Origin: an uncultured Pseudomonadota bacterium
Lineage (GTDB): Bacteria > Pseudomonadota > Alphaproteobacteria > RF32 > CAG-239
Assembly (NCBI GenBank): GCA_949295935.1
Contig: CASFMW010000011.1
Location: 6,822-70,821 of the forward strand
Reading direction: 5' to 3'
Length of the DNA: 64,000 nucleotides
The notes below the pieces were generated by a model. That model did not search any database. It was not told where the DNA came from and saw only the letters and a list, made by a program, of their open reading frames with translations. The position numbers were made by a program, and so were the translations under genes. Below are positions 59,141 through 64,000 of this stretch, piece by piece (the stretch's first letter is position 1; each line of letters opens with the position of its first letter).

Positions 59141-59825
59141 GAAAGAGGAAATGCTAGAGTGCCTAAAAAATATAACAATAGCAGGAGCACCTCTCATTTT
59201 AACACCTGTTGGAGCAGCCTTGTTATCATTAGCAAATGAATGCTTTAATTCAACAGCTCAAACAAGACAAGATAAATGGAATGAAGAAATTGTAACAAAA
59301 ATATCTAATTTATCGGAAGATTTTGAAGAGAAATTTAATACGTGCTCTAATTTTGCCAGTATATTAGCCACAGCACAAAGGGGGGCATTGGAAGATATAG
59401 AAGAAGATAAAGTGGGTTTGTATGCTAATGCAGTTATAAATTCTATTAAAAATGAAGATATTGATAATACAAAAATACATATCTTTTTGAATATGTTGAG
59501 AAAATATTCAAAACTACATTTAGGTATATTGCAAAAATTTTCCCCCACTTCGGGAAATAATATTTATGAAATATTGAAAGATATTTTTTGTAAAAGGTCT
59601 AATTACCATGATAATGATTTAGATACTCAAATAAAAGCAATATTTCATCAAAAAGATAAATTTAATCCTGTGGAATATACAATAGTTAATGAATTATATA
59701 ATGACAATTTGTTTTCTGTGCAAGTAAGTCCAGAGCACATCTCATATAAGGAAAGTAATTTGGATATTCAGATAACGCCATTAGGACAAGAATTTCTTCA
59801 ATTCATTGCAGAACAGGAGAAATAA
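59133..59825 (+). CDS. unknown protein X2 (230 aa), paralogue of X1
   Basis: 8-nt overlap with X1, with AGGAGA 6 nt upstream. Shares the conserved central block and C-terminal tail with X1. Confidence 0.75.
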   Translation: MGKKEEMLECLKNITIAGAPLILTPVGAALLSLANECFNSTAQTRQDKWNEEIVTKISNLSEDFEEKFNTCSNFASILATAQRGALEDIEEDKVGLYANAVINSIKNEDIDNTKIHIFLNMLRKYSKLHLGILQKFSPTSGNNIYEILKDIFCKRSNYHDNDLDTQIKAIFHQKDKFNPVEYTIVNELYNDNLFSVQVSPEHISYKESNLDIQITPLGQEFLQFIAEQEK

Positions 59826-59826
59826 G

Positions 59827-60768
59827 ATGAGGCATAAAAAGTCAGAGCATAATGAAACACAAACATCAAGAGAAAGATTTGTATTTCATATAGATACAAC
59901 AAAGCCTGAAATCACATTGCAGGATTTCATAGAAATCTCAAAGTCTTTAGAAGTAACTTGTAAATCAGTTTCTGCGTTGGTTTTTAATAATGCTCCATGC
60001 CAGATTATAATTGAAACCCCTGAGAATGGTTCATTAAAGTTAGTATATAAAATTGCAATGGCTGTTGGTATTGCTTTAGCTCCAGATATTACTAATGGAA
60101 TATTGGAAGAATACACAAATCATGATGTTAAATATTATGCAGGAAAGGCTAGCAGAGCTTTTACAGATTGTGTTAGTGGCATTTATTCTGCGTCAATGGA
60201 TAAACTAAAAAAAACATTAAGGGGGCTTCCAGAAGAAAACAAGGATAAATTTGAGAGAATAATAAAAGCTCAAAATGATTTTTACGGAACATTAAATAAG
60301 ACTAAAGAATTTAAAGGTGTTGGATTTTCTGATGACTATAACTTTCCTGTATCTAGAAAAGAGTTTTCCATTCATACAACAAATGATATAGAAAGAATTT
60401 TACCAACAGAACAAGCTCTTAAACATCTCGTCATTTACAAATCATTGAATGTTAATGAGGACGGAAAATGGGAGTTTAAAGATAAAGCAGATGGTAGCCA
60501 TTTTTCAGCTAATATTGAAGATGAGTTCTTTAAAAAACAGTTTCTAAATGGTAAGAATCCGTTAAAAAAGACAAAAAAAGATGATGAAATTATAGCTTTA
60601 GTGGAATATGAAAAAAAGATAAAAAACGGTTCAGCAATAGAACAAAACAGAGTTATCAAAGAGATTTATACATTTAATAATAAAGAATTAAGAAAAACTC
60701 CGGAAAATTTAATTATGAATCTAATGAAAAAGAAAGAAGATAAGCAAGGGGATTTGTTTGATGACTAG
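59827..60768 (+). CDS. unknown protein X3 (313 aa)
   Basis: ATG 59827 lies 1 nt after the X2 stop, with AGGAGA 6 nt upstream; the track start 59806 is less likely. No recognisable motif. Confidence 0.7.
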   Translation: MRHKKSEHNETQTSRERFVFHIDTTKPEITLQDFIEISKSLEVTCKSVSALVFNNAPCQIIIETPENGSLKLVYKIAMAVGIALAPDITNGILEEYTNHDVKYYAGKASRAFTDCVSGIYSASMDKLKKTLRGLPEENKDKFERIIKAQNDFYGTLNKTKEFKGVGFSDDYNFPVSRKEFSIHTTNDIERILPTEQALKHLVIYKSLNVNEDGKWEFKDKADGSHFSANIEDEFFKKQFLNGKNPLKKTKKDDEIIALVEYEKKIKNGSAIEQNRVIKEIYTFNNKELRKTPENLIMNLMKKKEDKQGDLFDD

Positions 60769-62008
60769 GGCGATGAAAGATAGCGGAATTGAATGGATTG
60801 GTCAAATTCCTGAAAATTGGAATATTTCTAAATTAAAAAATTTTAATAAAATCATAATGGGGCAATCTCCATCTTCTGAAGATTATAATTTAGATAATAT
60901 AGGCTTCCCTTTTTTGCAAGGGAATGCTGATTTTACTAATTTATATCCTAAAGAACGTGTTTATACAAAATCTGCCACAAAGTTTTCAAAACCCCTAGAT
61001 ATTCTGTTTTCAGTGAGAGCTCCTGTAGGAGAAAAAAATATTGCAAACAAAAGATATGCTATTGGTAGAGGTCTATGTGCTATCTGTCCAATGTCTCATA
61101 TAATGAAGTATGTATGGTATTTTTTAGATGTGGTAAAAAAAGAATTAGATAGTATTTCTAGTGGTTCAACATTTGATTCTGTATCAGTAGCTGAAATAAA
61201 AAACGCTTGTTATGTTTTTCCTGAAATTACCGAACAACAAAAAATAGCGGATTATTTGGATAAAAGATGTGAGAAGATTGATACTGCTATAGATAATCAG
61301 AAGCAAATCATAGAAAAACTCAAAGAATATAAACAATCTTTGATTACAGAAACCGTAACCAAAGGTCTGAACCCAAATGTAAAATTGAAAGATAGTGGAA
61401 TTGAATGGATTGGCTCAATCCCCGAACATTGGGAAATTCGAAAGCTATCTCGTTTATTTAAAGAAAGAAAATGCAAAAACACAGGAATGAAAGAGCATAA
61501 TGTACTTTCTTTAAGTTACGGTAAAATCAAAAAACGAGATATAGAAAATAATATGGGGTTGCTTCCTGAAAGTTTTGAAACATACAATATAGTTATTCCA
61601 GGAAATATTGTTTTGCGTCTAACAGATTTACAAAACGACCATAGAAGCTTACGTACAGGTTTAGTAAAGGAAGTAGGAATTATTACGTCAGCATACGTAA
61701 CTATGGAAAGAATAATGGATATTGATGAGGATTACTATCACAAATTATTACATACATTTGATATAATGAAAGGCTTTTATAATATGGGTGATGGAGTACG
61801 ACAAAGTTTGAAGTTTAATGAGTTGAATAAGCTACTACTGCCTCAGCCCCCTCTTTCTGAGCAGAAAGAAATAGCAGAGTATTTAGATAAGAAATGTAAC
61901 CAAATAGATGAAGCAATCAAACAAAAAGAAGAAACTATTAGCAAATTGGAAGAATATAAAAAATCCTTAATCTTTGAATGTGTAACCGGCAAAAAAGAGG
62001 TAGCCTAG
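60761..62008 (+). CDS. hsdS: type I R-M specificity subunit HsdS
   Basis: Two target-recognition domains, each opened by KDSGIEWIG.IPE.W. Each is followed by a conserved helical spacer (QQKIADYLDKRCEKID..LKEYKQSLI and EQKEIAEYLDKKCNQID..LEEYKKSLI). Confidence 0.92.
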   Translation: MTRAMKDSGIEWIGQIPENWNISKLKNFNKIIMGQSPSSEDYNLDNIGFPFLQGNADFTNLYPKERVYTKSATKFSKPLDILFSVRAPVGEKNIANKRYAIGRGLCAICPMSHIMKYVWYFLDVVKKELDSISSGSTFDSVSVAEIKNACYVFPEITEQQKIADYLDKRCEKIDTAIDNQKQIIEKLKEYKQSLITETVTKGLNPNVKLKDSGIEWIGSIPEHWEIRKLSRLFKERKCKNTGMKEHNVLSLSYGKIKKRDIENNMGLLPESFETYNIVIPGNIVLRLTDLQNDHRSLRTGLVKEVGIITSAYVTMERIMDIDEDYYHKLLHTFDIMKGFYNMGDGVRQSLKFNELNKLLLPQPPLSEQKEIAEYLDKKCNQIDEAIKQKEETISKLEEYKKSLIFECVTGKKEVA

Positions 62009-62009
62009 C

Positions 62010-62405
62010 ATGACATGGTCTGATTTCTTTTCATCTCAAATCTTTGGTGTTATTATCGGTGCTATTTTAACAGCAGGATTTACTTGGTTTATAGAATATT
62101 TAAGAGCTAAAAGAGATGAAAAATTGTATGTAAAAAGAAAAAGAGAAGAAGTTTATCTTAAGTTATTAGATTTATTAAATGAATATGTTGAACTCCATAA
62201 TGACAATAAAACACCCAATGATGTTGAAATGAAAGAATTTTGGGTAAGATACAAACAATTACGCCCAGCTGTAAAAGTGTATGCATCTCAACACATCGAG
62301 GAATGGTTTTTAGAATCTCTTGATGAAGCCTTTAAAGGAGGTATAAAAGGTCAAGTTAATGGTTTGGCAAAAGAAATTCGTAAAGAACTCGGTATAAAGG
62401 ATTAA
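62010..62405 (+). CDS. unknown single-pass membrane protein Y1 (131 aa), paralogue of Y2
   Basis: Starts 1 nt after the hsdS stop. N-terminal TM (IFGVIIGAILTAGFTWFI), shared KRKREEVY.KL motif and IRKELGIKD tail. Confidence 0.7.
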   Translation: MTWSDFFSSQIFGVIIGAILTAGFTWFIEYLRAKRDEKLYVKRKREEVYLKLLDLLNEYVELHNDNKTPNDVEMKEFWVRYKQLRPAVKVYASQHIEEWFLESLDEAFKGGIKGQVNGLAKEIRKELGIKD

Positions 62406-62408
62406 GCT

Positions 62409-62864
62409 ATGGAATGGTCACAGCTTATTATATCTGCATTATCTGGTATTTTAGGAGCTGCTGTTGGCGGTTTTGCAACTTATAAAACTACAACAAAGCA
62501 ATTCAAATTTATGGCAAAACAAGAGTTGCAGAAGCAAAGAAGAGATGATGAACTTTATTTAAAAAGAAAAAGAGAAGAAGTTTATGTAAAGCTATACGAT
62601 TTTCTAATGAGATTAGAAAAAGATATTCGTATCAGAAAAAATACCTATATGAGCGAAGAAACCAAAAATTATTATAATAATTTAGAAATGCAAACAATTT
62701 GGGCTTCAAATAAGGTTTCAGACAAATTTTATGATTTATGTGAGGCTTTGTGTCAAAGTGCGAATGAATATAAAAAAGATGTAAATAAAGCCCATAACAA
62801 AAATAATAAGAAAATATTAGCCTTTAAGGATTATATTCGTAAAGAGTTGAGCATAAAAGATTAG
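62409..62864 (+). CDS. unknown single-pass membrane protein Y2 (151 aa), paralogue of Y1
   Basis: N-terminal TM (IISALSGILGAAVGGFA), KRKREEVYVKL motif, IRKELSIKD tail. 3-nt gap after Y1. Confidence 0.7.
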   Translation: MEWSQLIISALSGILGAAVGGFATYKTTTKQFKFMAKQELQKQRRDDELYLKRKREEVYVKLYDFLMRLEKDIRIRKNTYMSEETKNYYNNLEMQTIWASNKVSDKFYDLCEALCQSANEYKKDVNKAHNKNNKKILAFKDYIRKELSIKD

Positions 62865-62874
62865 GAGAACGCCA

Positions 62875-64000
62875 ATGGCTGAAGATAACTTAAAAGAAAT
62901 AAATTTAGAAGAAGCAATTGAGCATTCTCTTATTACCCTAGGAGGATACCAAAAAGGTAATCCAGCCAATTTTGACCGAAAATTGGCTCTTGATACTGAA
63001 ACTTTGCTTAATTTTATTAAAACAACTCAGCCTAAGGCTTGGAAACGTTATCAAACTCATTATCCTGTTAATCCGGAAGAATGTTTTATTTCTAACTTAT
63101 GCAAGGCAATAAAGGATAACGGTTTGCTCAAATGTTTGAGAAAACCGTTCCAAGACCGAGGTGTAAAGTTTTATCTATGTTATTTTAAGCCGGAAAGCCA
63201 TATCAACCAAGAGGCCGTTGATTTATATAATCAAAATATTCTACATTGCACTCGCCAATTGCACTATTCTTTATCTAATGAAAACAGTATAGATATTGTT
63301 TTGTTCTTAAATGGTATTCCGTTAGTTTCTATGGAATTAAAAAATCAATTTACCGGACAAGATTATAGCAATGCAATTTCTCAATATAAATTTGACAGAG
63401 CCGGAAAAGATGCCATTTTTGAATTTAAGAATAGAGTATTGGTTCATTTTGCCGTAGATTTGTATAATGTTTATATGACAACCAGATTACAGGGAGACAG
63501 CACTTATTTTCTACCTTTTAACCAAGGTTCAAATGGAGCCGGCAATGTTGGAGGTAAAGGAAATCCTGTTAATCCGAATGGGTTTGCAACATCTTATCTT
63601 TGGGAGAAAATCCTTGCTAAAGATAGTTTTATGGAAATTGTGCAAAAATATCTGCATTTGCAAATTATAAAAGATAAAAAAGGTGTCAAAACCAAAGAAA
63701 TTATGATTTTTCCAAGATATCATCAGTTAGATGTTGTTACCAAACTATTAGCTGATGTAAAGACAAATGGGGTAGGAAAAAATTATTTAATTCAACACTC
63801 GGCTGGTTCAGGAAAATCTAACTCTATTGCTTGGCTGGCTCATCAATTGGCCGGACTTCACGACAACCATGATGAAAATATCTTTAATTCTATTATTGTT
63901 TTAACCGACAGAAGAGTTTTAGATGCTCAGTTACAAGATACAATCTATCAATTTGACCATGTAGCCGGTGTGGTTAAAAAAGTGAAAAATGGTTCAAAAG
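62875..64000 (+). CDS. hsdR: type I restriction enzyme R subunit HsdR (5' part; continues beyond the window)
   Basis: Not in the ORF track because the frame is still open at the window end. Hand translation from ATG 62875 (AGGAGA Shine-Dalgarno) gives MAEDNLKEINLEEAIEH.., the nuclease-domain motif IDIVLFLNGIPLVSMELK, FPRYHQ and the Walker A motif HSAGSGKSNS. Confidence 0.9.
   Translation, partial: MAEDNLKEINLEEAIEHSLITLGGYQKGNPANFDRKLALDTETLLNFIKTTQPKAWKRYQTHYPVNPEECFISNLCKAIKDNGLLKCLRKPFQDRGVKFYLCYFKPESHINQEAVDLYNQNILHCTRQLHYSLSNENSIDIVLFLNGIPLVSMELKNQFTGQDYSNAISQYKFDRAGKDAIFEFKNRVLVHFAVDLYNVYMTTRLQGDSTYFLPFNQGSNGAGNVGGKGNPVNPNGFATSYLWEKILAKDSFMEIVQKYLHLQIIKDKKGVKTKEIMIFPRYHQLDVVTKLLADVKTNGVGKNYLIQHSAGSGKSNSIAWLAHQLAGLHDNHDENIFNSIIVLTDRRVLDAQLQDTIYQFDHVAGVVKKVKNGSK

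Larger units (their letters stand above)
50215..64000. mobile_element. putative integrated element 2 / defence island (right boundary beyond the window)
   Basis: Starts at the tRNA fragment with an adjacent P4-type integrase. Cargo: DarTG, Xis-type HTH fusion, ankyrin protein and an expanded type I R-M operon. All genes are on the + strand and the region is AT-rich. Confidence 0.5.

Noticed and set aside
1-64000. CRISPR arrays, rRNA genes, IS elements with terminal inverted repeats
   Set aside because: I saw no regularly spaced direct repeats, no rRNA-like conserved stretches, and no transposase ORFs (DDE or IS200-type).

Overview
AT-rich bacterial chromosome segment in two parts. Gene content and order look alphaproteobacterial: an atpI-a-c-b'-b F0 operon, DUF4167 next to prmC, fliOP, motAB and Omp25-like barrels. 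A host-associated lineage is my inference only. Part 1 (about 1-39 kb) is ordinary core genome: clpB, prmC, ugd, tRNA-Pro, motAB, nhaA, cspA, fliOP, the ATP synthase F0 genes, pheA, queA, lgt, mltG, fabF-acpP, ldh, mtaB-like and ftsY. It has a few oddities: an [FeFe]-hydrogenase-like gene, tandem degenerate EAL-like paralogues, a degenerate GGDEF protein, and a 1.3 kb non-coding stretch with an attenuator-like RNA structure. Part 2 (about 39.7-64 kb) is visibly more AT-rich and accessory. It starts with a WYL (BrxR/CapW-like) regulator next to a PEP-utilising-type phosphotransferase. Two tRNA-fMet 3'-end fragments (43.85 kb and 50.2 kb) then mark what look like tandem integrated elements. Element 1 carries an HUH Rep-like gene with iterons, an extra OMP paralogue, two convergent serine recombinases and a large tyrosine integrase. 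Element 2 is a defence island with a P4-type integrase, DarT-DarG, a pentapeptide-repeat::excisionase-HTH fusion, an ankyrin::BRCT-like protein and a type I R-M operon. The best candidate for a novel system sits inside that R-M operon. Five tightly coupled uncharacterised genes are interleaved with the hsd genes, in the order hsdM-X1-X2-X3-hsdS-Y1-Y2-hsdR. X1/X2 and Y1/Y2 are tandem paralogue pairs. I found no rRNA and no CRISPR array. All calls rest on reading the ORF translations and the DNA by eye; no database search was run.
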